A stretch of 64,000 bases of DNA from Candidatus Omnitrophota bacterium (GCA_041674705.1 JBAYVF010000001.1:129238-193237), one strand, 5' to 3'; counted from the stretch's first letter, positions 27,212 to 37,087 are shown. Numbers and translations: made by a program. The notes: a model not told the origin generated them from the letters alone.

Positions 27212-27333
27212 CCCCGTTAGAGATTGTCGCATCAGTATTTTATCGAAACGATTCGCAACAGAAGTGAGGAGATCATGGACACCATATTAAAAACAGACGG
27301 AAGCGCTGAAGGCGCTTCCTATCTCTAACGGGG
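27212..27333. repeat. MITE-like element with CCCCGTTAGAGAT / ATCTCTAACGGGG inverted termini (copy A)
   Basis: 13-nt perfect terminal inverted repeat. Subterminal hairpin GGAAGCG...CGCTTCC is shared with copy C. Ends 6 nt before the cysK ATG. Confidence 0.7.
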
Positions 27334-27339
27334 TGAACT

Positions 27340-28263
27340 ATGAATATTTATTCAGACATTACAAAGACGGTGGGGGAAACGCCGCTTGTGCGTTTGAACC
27401 ATCTGGTGAAGGGGCTCGAGGCCACGGTTTTAGTGAAACTCGAGTCCAAGAATCCTCTCGGAAGCGTCAAGGACAGGATCGGCGTTGCCATGATCGAAAC
27501 GGCCGAGAAAAAAGGTCTGCTTAAAAAAGGCGCGATCGTGGTGGAGCCGACGAGTGGAAATACCGGGATCGCCCTCGCGTTTGTTTGCGCGGCGAAAGGA
27601 TACCGGCTGATCCTGACCATGCCGGATACCATGAGTGTGGAACGTCGCCAGCTTCTGAAGATCCTTGGCGCGGAACTTGTGCTGACCGAAGGGGCGAAGG
27701 GAATGCGGGGCGCGGTGGAAAAAGCCGAAGAGATCGTCAAGGCGACACCCGGCGCTTATATGCCGCAGCAATTCAACAATCCCGCGAATCCCGAGATCCA
27801 CCGGGCGACCACGGCCGAAGAGATCTGGAAAGATACGAACGGAACGGTCGATGTCTTTGTGGCAGGGGTCGGGACTGGAGGGACGCTGACCGGCGTCGGA
27901 GAAGTGCTGAAAGAAAGGAAACCTTCTGTTAGAATCGTAGCGGTCGAGCCCAAGGATTCGCCGGTGCTTTCGGGCGGTAAGCCGGGGCTTCACAAGATCC
28001 AGGGGATCGGTGCGGGATTTGTGCCGGGAGTTCTGGATACCAAGGTTTACGACGAGATCCTGCAGGTCCGGCATGAGGACGCGGGCGAGACCGCCCGGCA
28101 GCTTGCCAAGCAGGAGGGGATCCTCGCCGGGATCTCGGCCGGCGCGAATGTTTGGGCTGCGCTCGAGATCGCAAAGCGAAAAGAATCTAAAGGGAAAACC
28201 ATTGTGACCGTCATTTGTGATACAGGGGAAAGGTATCTTTCCACATGGCTTTTTCAGGAATAA
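27340..28263 (+). CDS. cysK: cysteine synthase A (O-acetylserine sulfhydrylase)
   Basis: TPLVRLN...[17 protein letters not shown]-Lys motif; GTGGT loop. Confidence 0.93.
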   Translation: MNIYSDITKTVGETPLVRLNHLVKGLEATVLVKLESKNPLGSVKDRIGVAMIETAEKKGLLKKGAIVVEPTSGNTGIALAFVCAAKGYRLILTMPDTMSVERRQLLKILGAELVLTEGAKGMRGAVEKAEEIVKATPGAYMPQQFNNPANPEIHRATTAEEIWKDTNGTVDVFVAGVGTGGTLTGVGEVLKERKPSVRIVAVEPKDSPVLSGGKPGLHKIQGIGAGFVPGVLDTKVYDEILQVRHEDAGETARQLAKQEGILAGISAGANVWAALEIAKRKESKGKTIVTVICDTGERYLSTWLFQE

Positions 28264-28282
28264 AACGCGGAGCACTGGAAGT

Positions 28283-29401
28283 ATGAAAAAAAGCATCGAA
28301 CCGGTTGAGACAAAATATTTTACGTTCGCGGAAGCGGAAGAATTCAAACTGGAATCCGGGCGTACGCTCGGCCCCATCACGCTTGCCTATGAGACTTACG
28401 GTTCACTGAACGCGGACAAGTCGAACGCGATCCTGGTGATGCACGCTTTTTCCGGAAATGCGCATGTCGCCGGCCCCGTGACCGGGGACCAGGATCCAGC
28501 CTGGTGGGATTTTATGGTTGGATCGGGCAAGGCGTTGGATACGGATAAATATTTTGTGATCTGCATCAATGTGATCGGAGGCTGTAAAGGCAGCACCGGT
28601 CCGTCTTCGATCAGCCCCAAGACGGGGAAACCTTACGGGATCGATTTTCCGCTTATCACGATCGGCGATATAGTTCGTTCGCAGAAAGTCCTGATCGACC
28701 ATCTTGGCATTAAAAAACTTCTCGGCGTGATTGGCGGATCCATGGGCGGGATGTTGGCGCTCCAGTGGGTCGCGTCTTTTCCGGAGGCTGTGGAATGTGT
28801 GATCCCGATCGCCGCCACACTCAAGCATTCGCCGCAGCAGATCGCCTTTAACGAAGTCGGCCGGCAGGCCATCATGGCAGATCCCGCCTGGAATGGCGGC
28901 AATTATTACGGCGGCACTTCGCCTGAAAAGGGACTTGCGGTCGCCCGCATGGTCGGGCATATCACCTACATGAGCAATAATTCCATGGAGGAGAAGTTTT
29001 CCAGGCGCCTTAAGGACGACAACACGGGATTCAAATTTTCCGCGGATTTTGAGGTGGAGGGCTATCTTCAGTATCGCGGGATGAGTTTTGTGAAGCGTTT
29101 TGACGCGAACACCTATCTCTATATCACCAAGGCCATGGATTACTTCGATCTTTCGGATGCGAAATGGATCCCCGAAGGCGGGCTTCCGGGGGTCCGGTTC
29201 CTTGTGATCGCGTTCAAGTCCGATTGGCTTTATCCGTCCTCGCAATCGCAGGATATGGTGCGTCAGCTTCAGATGCGCCAGATCGACGCGACCTATTGCG
29301 AGATCGATGCGGGCTACGGTCATGATTCGTTCCTGATCGAGAGCGAAGCTGAGAAACAGTCGCATCTCATCAAGCATTTCCTCGCGAAGCGAAAGGGATA
29401 A
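28283..29401 (+). CDS. metX: homoserine O-acetyltransferase
   Basis: GGSMGGM nucleophile elbow, alpha/beta hydrolase layout, GHDSFL C-terminal His motif. Confidence 0.9.
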   Translation: MKKSIEPVETKYFTFAEAEEFKLESGRTLGPITLAYETYGSLNADKSNAILVMHAFSGNAHVAGPVTGDQDPAWWDFMVGSGKALDTDKYFVICINVIGGCKGSTGPSSISPKTGKPYGIDFPLITIGDIVRSQKVLIDHLGIKKLLGVIGGSMGGMLALQWVASFPEAVECVIPIAATLKHSPQQIAFNEVGRQAIMADPAWNGGNYYGGTSPEKGLAVARMVGHITYMSNNSMEEKFSRRLKDDNTGFKFSADFEVEGYLQYRGMSFVKRFDANTYLYITKAMDYFDLSDAKWIPEGGLPGVRFLVIAFKSDWLYPSSQSQDMVRQLQMRQIDATYCEIDAGYGHDSFLIESEAEKQSHLIKHFLAKRKG

Positions 29402-29500
29402 CCTTTTTAAAACTCGGCTTTGAATTTAAAACGGGTTTTCATTAGGGTCCCTTGTTCTTTCCCTTGAAAAAAATCCAACAGAGGAATACTATCTCAACCT

Positions 29501-30094
29501 ATGAAATCAACAATTAAACGGCTCGACCATCAGGTGATCTGCGGGATCGTGGAGGAAGGCTCCAAAGTGCTGGACCTGGGCTGCGGGAACGGCGATCTTT
29601 TGCAACTTCTTGCCGAACGGCGAGGCGCGAAGGCTCAAGGCGTTGAGGTGAATAATGATGCCATCCACGCTTGTGTCGAAAAGGGGCTGAGCGTTTTCCA
29701 TAGCGATATCGATAGCGGTCTTCCGTATTATCCCGACCAATCCTTTGATTATGTGATCCTGAACCAGAGTTTGCAGGAAGCCAAGAAGGTCGAAGCCGTA
29801 ATCTCCGAGGCTCTCCGGGTGGGGAAGAAGGCTATCATTGGCTTTCCTAATTTCGCGCATCTGGAGGCCCGTATCCTTATGTTTTTTGGCGGCCGGGCGC
29901 CCATCGTTTCGTCGCTCCCCTACGAGTGGTACAGTACGCCGAACCTGCGTTTTCTCTCCATCAAGGATTTCAAGGCCTTTTGCGCGGTCAAGGGTTACAA
30001 GATCCTGGCGTCGCATTTTCTTGACTCTCAGGGTCAGGTCCGCGTGCTTCCCAACCTTTTTGCCCAGAACGCCATTTTTGTTATCACGAAATAG
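29501..30094 (+). CDS. metW: methionine biosynthesis protein MetW
   Basis: VLDLGCGNGDLL SAM-like motif, about 197 aa, directly downstream of metX. Confidence 0.88.
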   Translation: MKSTIKRLDHQVICGIVEEGSKVLDLGCGNGDLLQLLAERRGAKAQGVEVNNDAIHACVEKGLSVFHSDIDSGLPYYPDQSFDYVILNQSLQEAKKVEAVISEALRVGKKAIIGFPNFAHLEARILMFFGGRAPIVSSLPYEWYSTPNLRFLSIKDFKAFCAVKGYKILASHFLDSQGQVRVLPNLFAQNAIFVITK

Positions 30095-30118
30095 CCTCTT
30101 TTTTGATAAAGGAGAATC

Positions 30119-30481
30119 ATGACCTCACTGCCTTCAAAGAAACTCGAAATCTTCAAGAACCCGAATCCTAAACGGGATTATGATATTGAGATGGATTGTC
30201 CGGAATTCACGTGCCTTTGTCCCAAGACCGGCCAGCCGGATTTCGCAACGATCCGTATTTGTTACGTGCCCGACGAATTCTGCGTGGAACTAAAAAGCCT
30301 GAAGCTCTATCTCTGGAGCTACCGGAATGAAGGCGCGTTCCATGAGGCGGTGACCAACAAGATCCTGGATGATCTCGTGAAGGCGGTGAAACCCCGTCAC
30401 ATGTCGATCGAAGCGGATTTTTTTGTGCGCGGCGGCATCCACACGGTCATTACGGCGGTTTATTCAAAAAAGAAGAAATAG
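30119..30481 (+). CDS. queF: NADPH-dependent 7-cyano-7-deazaguanine reductase
   Basis: [15 protein letters not shown] catalytic Cys motif and the E(S/L)KSLKLY QueF motif. Confidence 0.93.
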   Translation: MTSLPSKKLEIFKNPNPKRDYDIEMDCPEFTCLCPKTGQPDFATIRICYVPDEFCVELKSLKLYLWSYRNEGAFHEAVTNKILDDLVKAVKPRHMSIEADFFVRGGIHTVITAVYSKKKK

Positions 30482-30488
30482 TTAGGAT

Positions 30489-30620
30489 AAGCACCAAGAA
30501 TCAATTTCCAAATTCCAAGCAAGCACCAAACGCCAATCTTCAAAGTGTGTTTGGAATTTTTATTTTTGAGAAATGGAATTTGTTTGGTTCTTGGTTCTTG
30601 GTTCTTGGTTTTTGGAATTT
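30489..30620. repeat. long imperfect inverted repeat with CCAA / TTGG heptad-periodic arms
   Basis: Right arm contains TTGGTTC x3 in tandem, then TTGGTTT TTGGAAT. Left arm carries complementary ...CCAA motifs (AAATTCCAA, ACCAAAC). Confidence 0.6.
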
Positions 30621-30639
30621 TAAATGGCAGGAGCGAGAT

Positions 30640-31161
30640 ATGAGCATCGTAGAACGTAAAGGTGTTGTCACATTCAAAGGTGGGCCCCTCACATTGATCG
30701 GGCCGGAGCTTAAGGCGGGGGACAAAGCCCCGGATTTTAAGTTGAGCGATGCGGGTTTAAAATCTGTGACCCTGGCGGATTCCAAGGGGAAGACGCGGCT
30801 TATCAGCGTGGTGCCTTCGATCGATACCCCGGTTTGCGATCTTCAGACGAAACGATTCAATCAGGAGGCTTCCAAGCTTCCGGCTCATGTGGCCGTTATC
30901 ACGGTCAGCATGGATCTTCCGTTCGCTCAAGCGCGCTGGTGCGGCCTTGCGAGCGCCGATAAAATTCAGATGCTTTCGGATTACAAGGAACACGCCTTCG
31001 GGCAGGCTTACGGCGTTCTCATCAAGGAGTTACAACTTCTCTCTCGCTCTGTTTTTGTGATCGGGCCGGACGACAAGGTGCAATATGCCGAATACGTCAA
31101 GGAGATCACCCAACAGCCCGATTATGAAAAAGTCCTCGGATTTATCAAGGCCCGTGCCTAA
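30640..31161 (+). CDS. tpx: thiol peroxidase
   Basis: SVVPSIDTPVCDLQTKRFN peroxidatic Cys motif. The upstream in-frame extension is the repeat region. Confidence 0.9.
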   Translation: MSIVERKGVVTFKGGPLTLIGPELKAGDKAPDFKLSDAGLKSVTLADSKGKTRLISVVPSIDTPVCDLQTKRFNQEASKLPAHVAVITVSMDLPFAQARWCGLASADKIQMLSDYKEHAFGQAYGVLIKELQLLSRSVFVIGPDDKVQYAEYVKEITQQPDYEKVLGFIKARA

Positions 31162-31510
31162 ACGCTTCCTCCTTTTTATTCTCGTCTTCTTAGCAGCCTC
31201 CGCCTGTCTTTGCGCTGCGGAGCCGGTGATGAGAACGCTTTCCGCTCATGTGGTGAAGATCGCCGAAGACGGTTCAAGTCTTGACGTGGATTTCCGCCAT
31301 CCCGCGACAGGAGAGGTCCACCGCATGACTTTTTATTTGGATCATGGGGCGGGCTTAAAGGAGACCGAGCAGCTCCGCGAGCTTCGCGCCGGGCAGGTCG
31401 TGAATATCGATTATATGGAAGGGGAAAAACATCGTCTTTTGATCCGTCGTATCGCGCGCGTCAAACTTTCCGGCCCGCCTGCGGGCCTTGAGAACTTCCG
31501 TGGTCTATAA
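31124..31510 (+). CDS. small secreted protein, unknown function
   Basis: Signal peptide (KRFLLFILVFLAASACLCA). Start is ambiguous (ATG 31124 or GTG 31153); either overlaps the tpx 3' end. Confidence 0.4.
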   Translation: MKKSSDLSRPVPKRFLLFILVFLAASACLCAAEPVMRTLSAHVVKIAEDGSSLDVDFRHPATGEVHRMTFYLDHGAGLKETEQLRELRAGQVVNIDYMEGEKHRLLIRRIARVKLSGPPAGLENFRGL

Positions 31511-32327
31511 ACGCGTTTTGCTGTCGTTCCTTGTTTTTCCGGCCTTTCTTTTCACCTTATCTTTTGCCTACGCCTATGAAAATGGAGAACCCGAAGATCC
31601 TACAGCGGTGCGGGATGTGATCGGCGAAGATCTTTCAGGGAAAACCGATGTGGAGCTTATCGGGATGGAACGGGAACTCAAGTCGAAACTGGGCATGGAG
31701 CCCGGGAACGCGGATCTTTTTTATCAGCTTTCGACGGTCTATGCCACACTTTTTGACCGGACGCGCAAACAAAAAGGAAATCAATCCCTGGAGTGGCTCG
31801 TGAAAAGCCGGGATGCGCTTGAAAAAGTTTTAATGATCCGTCCGGAGGACAAGGTCGCGCATTATAATCTCGGGGTCGTCTATAAACGGCTCGGGCAGAT
31901 GGAACGCGCGCGCGAAGAGCTCAAGAAAGCGATCCGGCTTTGTGATCCGGCGACGGATGTTTACCTTCTGTGCTCGTCCTGGCTCCAGATCGGCTCGGTC
32001 TATGAGGAGCAGGGATTTTTTGAGGAGGCGAAGGAGGCTTATCTCAAGGCCCGGGAATTTGATTACGGAAATCCGGATATCCAGGAAGCCATTCGCGATG
32101 TGGATATCAAGCGGAAGACTCCGGAAAAGGGAGGCGGTTCCTCGTTCGGGATGCCTTCGATGGGAAGCGCCCTTTCCACGGACCCGCAGACCGCAGCGGC
32201 GATGGGGAAGGATCCGAACGCGCAGGATCAGGGGGGGATCGCCCAGGCGCTCCCGGCTCTGGGTCAGGCACTCATGCAGAAATTCGGTGGCGGGGGCGGT
32301 GGAGAGGACACGAGTGGACAAAATTAG
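31488..32327 (+). CDS. TPR-repeat protein with signal peptide and Gly-rich tail
   Basis: TPR-like helices (ADLFYQLSTVYA, AHYNLGVVYKRLGQ, SWLQIGSVYEEQGFFEEA); TTG/GTG start. Confidence 0.62.
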   Translation: MRTSVVYKRVLLSFLVFPAFLFTLSFAYAYENGEPEDPTAVRDVIGEDLSGKTDVELIGMERELKSKLGMEPGNADLFYQLSTVYATLFDRTRKQKGNQSLEWLVKSRDALEKVLMIRPEDKVAHYNLGVVYKRLGQMERAREELKKAIRLCDPATDVYLLCSSWLQIGSVYEEQGFFEEAKEAYLKAREFDYGNPDIQEAIRDVDIKRKTPEKGGGSSFGMPSMGSALSTDPQTAAAMGKDPNAQDQGGIAQALPALGQALMQKFGGGGGGEDTSGQN

Positions 32328-33036
32328 TAAGATCCCTTCGGGTACAAAAGCGATCCTGCTGGATGCGGGAGGAACGCTCTTCCATCCGTTTCCGTCTGTG
32401 GGGTATCATTACAGCGAAGTAGCCGCGAAACATGGTTGTCAGGTGAGCGCCCAAGAAGTCGAGGTCGCGTTTCGCCGGGTCTGGAGCAAGCACGACGCGA
32501 TCGGGGATCTCCGGAGCCAATCGGATGAAAAGATCGAGAAAGAATTCTGGCGTAAGATCGTGGCGGCGGTTTTCAAGGATTTCAAGGGGCTTAAAGCGTT
32601 CGATCCTTTTTTTGATGAGCTGCATACTCTTTTTGCTGAACCCGGCGTTTGGAGGTTGTATCCTGAGGTGGAAGAAGTACTCCGCTCGTTTAAGGAGAAA
32701 AAGTTTATTATTGGGATGGTCTCGAACTGGGACAGCCGCCTTTTGAAATTATGCAAAGGCCTTGGGATCGACCGGTATTTTGATTTCAAAGTCATCTCGG
32801 CGGTGTTTGGCGCGGCCAAACCCAACCCGAAAATTTTTCAGGAAGCCGTCAGGCAAGCGAATGTGCGGGTCGATGAAGCTCTCCATATCGGGGATAGCCT
32901 GGAAGACGATATCCGCGGCGCGCACCTGGCCGGGATCAAATCGATCTGGCTCGATCGCTCGGACCGTCACGCGACTTTAACAAAAGATCATCAGGATTTC
33001 GTGACCGTGATCCGCGATCTTCGAGAGTTACTTTAG
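32314..33036 (+). CDS. HAD-IA family hydrolase
   Basis: Motif I LLDAGGTL, motif III/IV K...HIGDSLEDDI. GTG start; the long upstream in-frame extension overlaps the TPR gene. Confidence 0.72.
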   Translation: MDKISKIPSGTKAILLDAGGTLFHPFPSVGYHYSEVAAKHGCQVSAQEVEVAFRRVWSKHDAIGDLRSQSDEKIEKEFWRKIVAAVFKDFKGLKAFDPFFDELHTLFAEPGVWRLYPEVEEVLRSFKEKKFIIGMVSNWDSRLLKLCKGLGIDRYFDFKVISAVFGAAKPNPKIFQEAVRQANVRVDEALHIGDSLEDDIRGAHLAGIKSIWLDRSDRHATLTKDHQDFVTVIRDLRELL

Positions 33037-33041
33037 GAGCG

Positions 33042-33665
33042 ATGATGACAGAAAAAAAGAATATCCTTGTCTTAGACGTTGAAACGCAGAAATCGTTCAA
33101 GGAGATCGGAAAATCGAAGGCGATGAGCCTCTCGAAGCTCAAGGTCTCGGTGGTTTGCACTTACGATTATCTGACGGACACGTATGCGTCTTACGAAGAA
33201 AAGGATATGGTGAAATTCGAACAAAGGCTTCAGACCGCGGATCTCCTGATCGGGTTTAATATCCGGCGCTTCGATATGGCGGTGCTTCAGCCGTATCTTT
33301 TTAAGTCGGTCGACCAGTTCCCGGTGCTGGACCTTTTGGATGATCCTGAAAAGGCCCGCGGGCACCGGGTCAGCTTGGATAGCGTGGCGCGCGCGACACT
33401 CAAGGAAGGGAAGTCCGGTGACGGGGCGGAAGCCTTGGTGCTTTTCAAGGAAGGCCGGATGGAGGAACTCAAGAAATATTGTCTGGACGACGTGCGCCTG
33501 ACGAAGAATATTTATGAATATGGCTGCCGGGAAGGTAAAGTCTATTTTACTTCGACCTGGGATTTTAAAACGTACGAGATCCCGGTGAACTGGAAGCAGG
33601 CGACCGAAGAGTTTCTGAATAAAAAAGGCGCGCCCAAAACGGATTTTCCAACAAGTCTGTTTTAA
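33042..33665 (+). CDS. RNase H-fold DEDD-type 3'-5' exonuclease-like protein
   Basis: ExoI LDVET, ExoII GFNIRRFD and ExoIII YCLDDV motifs. Confidence 0.62.
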   Translation: MMTEKKNILVLDVETQKSFKEIGKSKAMSLSKLKVSVVCTYDYLTDTYASYEEKDMVKFEQRLQTADLLIGFNIRRFDMAVLQPYLFKSVDQFPVLDLLDDPEKARGHRVSLDSVARATLKEGKSGDGAEALVLFKEGRMEELKKYCLDDVRLTKNIYEYGCREGKVYFTSTWDFKTYEIPVNWKQATEEFLNKKGAPKTDFPTSLF

Positions 33666-33673
33666 TGTGCGTG

Positions 33674-33719
33674 CCCTTTCAAGACCCGGTCTTCCGCGGA
33701 AGACCGGGTCTTTGAAGGG
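33674..33719 (+). terminator. long GC-rich hairpin after the exonuclease-like gene
   Basis: AAGACCCGGTCTTCC / GGAAGACCGGGTCTT stem with only a short U-tract. Confidence 0.5.
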
Positions 33720-33747
33720 TTAGCGAAAGTCGGAGGATCTCTTGATA

Positions 33748-34959
33748 ATGACTGAAATCTCAAATTCGCCATTCATCTTCATCAGCGTATTTTTTCTGGG
33801 CCTCGGGCTCAATCTGACGCCGTGCGTCTATCCCATGCTCTCTATCACGATCTCGCTTTTCAAGGGTTCGGAGCATGAACCGCATGGCCGCGCGTTCGTG
33901 AAGGCCTTGGCGTATGTGCTCGGCATGGTGACCATGTATAGTGTCCTCGGGCTCATGGCGGCGATGACGGGAAGTTTTTTTGGCGAGTGGCTCCGGAATT
34001 TTTGGGTGCAACTGGCGACAGGGATCCTGGTGATCGGCCTCGCATTCAGCATGCTCGGGCTTTATCAGTTCCGGCTTCCCGCATGGCTTGTGCCGTCCCA
34101 TCGAGGAACGGCCGCAGGGGCTCTTCTCAGCTTTTTTGTTTCAGGACTTTTGGTCGGGATCGTTGCGGCGCCGTGTATGGGACCCGCTGTGTTGGGGCTT
34201 CTCGCCTTTGTGAGCGTGCAACAGAATATAATTTTCGGTTTTTCTCTGTTCTTTGTTATGGCGCTCGGTCTCGGGCTTCCGTATCTTGTGCTTGGAACTT
34301 ATTCCGGGTTACTCGCGAAACTTCCAAAATCCGGGGCGTGGCTGGTTTGGTTCGAGCGGCTGATGGGCGTGGTGCTTTTGACATTCGGGGTCTTTTATGT
34401 CGCGATCGCTTTCAAGTGGCCGTTCGTACAATGGATCGTTCCGGGCGCGTTCGTAGCAGGCGGCCTTTATCTGGGGTGGATCGAACGCTCCGCACGGCTT
34501 GCAAAAAAGTTTTTTGCTTTTCAATGGATCCTGGGGACCCTTGCCGTTGCTCTTGGCCTTTTCTTTTTTTTCGCGCCGAAAGGCGGCATGGTGTGGGAAA
34601 AATATCACGCCGGTATTCTTGAGGAGGCCCGCGCCTCGGGGCAGCCGGTGATCCTTGATTTTTATGCGGACTGGTGTATTCCGTGCCACGAGCTCGATCA
34701 GTTCACGTATTCGGACCCTCGCGTAATCGCGATGCTGACGGATTTCCGCAAGATCAAGGTGGATGCCACCTCCGAAGAGGAGGAAGAGACCCGTGACGCG
34801 ATACGCCAGTTCGATGTCTTCGGTGTCCCGACGATCATTTTTCTAAATGAGAAAGGCCGGGAGATCCCCAGCCTTCGCATGAATGGTTTTGTTCCGCCTG
34901 AAGCATTGGTAAGCGCTGTTCGTGCTTCCGAATTGGGGAATACGTCGGGGAGCGAATAA
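33748..34959 (+). CDS. dsbD: DsbD/CcdA-type thiol:disulfide transporter fused to a C-terminal thioredoxin domain
   Basis: CcdA membrane core with conserved Cys (LTPCVYPM, AAPCMGP); C-terminal WCIPC thioredoxin motif. Confidence 0.85.
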   Translation: MTEISNSPFIFISVFFLGLGLNLTPCVYPMLSITISLFKGSEHEPHGRAFVKALAYVLGMVTMYSVLGLMAAMTGSFFGEWLRNFWVQLATGILVIGLAFSMLGLYQFRLPAWLVPSHRGTAAGALLSFFVSGLLVGIVAAPCMGPAVLGLLAFVSVQQNIIFGFSLFFVMALGLGLPYLVLGTYSGLLAKLPKSGAWLVWFERLMGVVLLTFGVFYVAIAFKWPFVQWIVPGAFVAGGLYLGWIERSARLAKKFFAFQWILGTLAVALGLFFFFAPKGGMVWEKYHAGILEEARASGQPVILDFYADWCIPCHELDQFTYSDPRVIAMLTDFRKIKVDATSEEEEETRDAIRQFDVFGVPTIIFLNEKGREIPSLRMNGFVPPEALVSAVRASELGNTSGSE

Positions 34960-35038
34960 CATGGGCGTTTGCCGTTTCCCGGTTCTTTGATACAATGCGT
35001 CAACTCATACATGCCAAACCTCTGAGAAACCGTTTAAA

Positions 35039-36139
35039 ATGAAAATTCTCCAGCGTTACGTTCTTAAAGAGCTGCTTTTGCCGTGCCTTCTTTGTTTCAC
35101 GGTCCTGTGTTTTATCTTTATGGCCGCGAATTTGGTCAAGATGGCCGACATGATCATCGGGCGCGGCGTGCCGTTCACTCAGACCCTTTATATCCTCGTG
35201 CTCGTATTCCCGACCGCCGTGAGCTGGGCTGCGCCGATGAGCCTTCTGACGGGCGTTTTGATCGTATTCGGAAGTTTTTCCCAGCACAATGAATTCCGCG
35301 CCATGAAAGCCTCCGGGGTTCATCCCTTGAGATTCATGATGCCCCCGCTGCTTCTGGGCCTCGCGCTTAGCATGCTGATGTTCGTTTTTAATGATCAGGT
35401 GGGGCCCGCGGCGAGATTTGAATTCCGCAAAGCGACCAAGAAAATGATCATGAAGCATCCCATGGCGCTGATCGAGCCGGGCCGTTTTGTGAAGATCAGC
35501 TCCAATATTCTTTTTCTCGCGAAACGGGTCGAAGGCGGCGAAATGAAGGATATCGTAGCGCACGAGGGCGTGGATTCTGAAAATCCCGTGAGAACGATCG
35601 TGGCGGAGAGAGGCAAGATCGTGATGGACTCGAATACCGGACAGCTCGAGGTCCAGCTTTTCAACGGGAGCGTCTCGGAGTCCCAGGACAAGGGAATCCA
35701 GTCCGTTCAGTTTACGACCTACAAGTTTCCGACGATGGACGAAGACGATATCCGCAAGATGGGTAAAAAGAAAAAGGATATGAATCTGGCCGAACTCTTA
35801 GTAGAAATCACGGAGATCCTTTCGGGCCTTCCGGGGAATGTCGACAAAAAGGATCTTCGCAGTCTTTGGGTTACTTTTCATCAAAGGATCGCTTTCTCAT
35901 TCGCGTCCCTTGTGTTCATGTTCATTGGAATTCCGATCGCGGTGATCGTCAAGCGGGGAGAAGTGGTGATCAGTTTCGGGATCTCGATGGCGGCTATGGG
36001 GCTTTATTACATTCTCTTCGCGATCGCCCAAACCCTGGCGTCACGCGGGGGTTTGCCGCCCATGATCTGCCTCTGGCTTCCGAACATCGTTCTGATCGGA
36101 ACCGGAATGTTTTTTCTTCGCAAAGCCATTCTTTCCTAG
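35039..36139 (+). CDS. LptF/LptG-family LPS export permease
   Basis: MKILQRYVLKELL N-terminus typical of YjgP/YjgQ; 6 TM plus a periplasmic insert. Confidence 0.85.
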   Translation: MKILQRYVLKELLLPCLLCFTVLCFIFMAANLVKMADMIIGRGVPFTQTLYILVLVFPTAVSWAAPMSLLTGVLIVFGSFSQHNEFRAMKASGVHPLRFMMPPLLLGLALSMLMFVFNDQVGPAARFEFRKATKKMIMKHPMALIEPGRFVKISSNILFLAKRVEGGEMKDIVAHEGVDSENPVRTIVAERGKIVMDSNTGQLEVQLFNGSVSESQDKGIQSVQFTTYKFPTMDEDDIRKMGKKKKDMNLAELLVEITEILSGLPGNVDKKDLRSLWVTFHQRIAFSFASLVFMFIGIPIAVIVKRGEVVISFGISMAAMGLYYILFAIAQTLASRGGLPPMICLWLPNIVLIGTGMFFLRKAILS

Positions 36140-36174
36140 CACCGTCTTCTGTTTAATTTTACAGGGTAACAGCG

Positions 36175-36987
36175 CTAGCATTTTATCTTCAGATAATTCT
36201 TCACCCGGGTCTTCCAACCCCCAAGGCGCTTAGAACAATCTTTTTCGGGCGGGGCATTTTTAACCCTGTTCTCAAGGACCTTTTTTGCTGCCCGGACGAA
36301 TTCCTCTAGCGCATTCTCTTTTTTTTCAGGGGTCCGCATTTCTTCCAGGACCTGGAGAAGCCCCCAGCCTTGTCCTTGGGATCTTTCGGTTTCAAGGATG
36401 CCCTCGCCTTTAAAATTCACATAATCAATAAGAGCGAACATTCCCTTGGGAGCATCGGCGATCCATTGGAATTTCAGTTCGATCCCCGGGCGTTTTTCCT
36501 CCGGGATTGCCGCCAACATCCGGGGAAGGATCCCTTTGACTCTTTGAATAATGAATTGGGTTTGAAGCCCTTGGGTCTGGTTCAGGAAATTCTTGAGGGT
36601 CGTCATACGTTCACTTGAAAGATCGTTCAGGAACTCTTCGCGGTTTTTCCACGGGGCCTCCCGGGTTGGCAAGGCTTTGATCCACGCGGGGATTGTTGTT
36701 TTTTGAGCTTCCAGAAAGGAAAGAAAATCCGGGAACAGCTCCTGATAAGGGCCTTTTTTCCCTTGGGGGTACCAGATAAAGTGCCCGAGTCCGAACGAAG
36801 GAAAAGCCTCATCGGCGTTCCAGGTGACCATCCGTTCCACACGGCTCGAACATTCGTTGAAGAAGATCATCTTTTGGAGGCAGCCCAGTTCATCGGCGGT
36901 CATCGGAGCGTCTGGGGATTGAGCCCGGAGGGGGAGCGACGCAGAAAAGAAACACAGGAAAAAGAATACCGCTACGAATGATTTCAT
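36175..36987 (-). CDS. secreted protein of unknown function
   Basis: GGGGAGG RBS, signal peptide ending RAQ, conserved-looking core WNADEAFPSFGLGHFIWYP. Confidence 0.6.
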   Translation of the reverse strand: MKSFVAVFFFLCFFSASLPLRAQSPDAPMTADELGCLQKMIFFNECSSRVERMVTWNADEAFPSFGLGHFIWYPQGKKGPYQELFPDFLSFLEAQKTTIPAWIKALPTREAPWKNREEFLNDLSSERMTTLKNFLNQTQGLQTQFIIQRVKGILPRMLAAIPEEKRPGIELKFQWIADAPKGMFALIDYVNFKGEGILETERSQGQGWGLLQVLEEMRTPEKKENALEEFVRAAKKVLENRVKNAPPEKDCSKRLGGWKTRVKNYLKIKC

Positions 36988-37087
36988 AGCCTCCCCAGCG
37001 TCGAGCGTTTTAAAAATATTTTATGAGCGCTTGAGGGATTTTAGTCCTGGGGTCTTCGAAATGCAATCGGAGAGTCAAAAAAAGAGG

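Noticed and set aside
31942-32313. 124-codon N-terminal extension of the HAD hydrolase ORF
   Set aside because: It overlaps the TPR gene in another frame and is Arg/Ser/Pro-rich. The HAD motif I lies just after the GTG at 32314.
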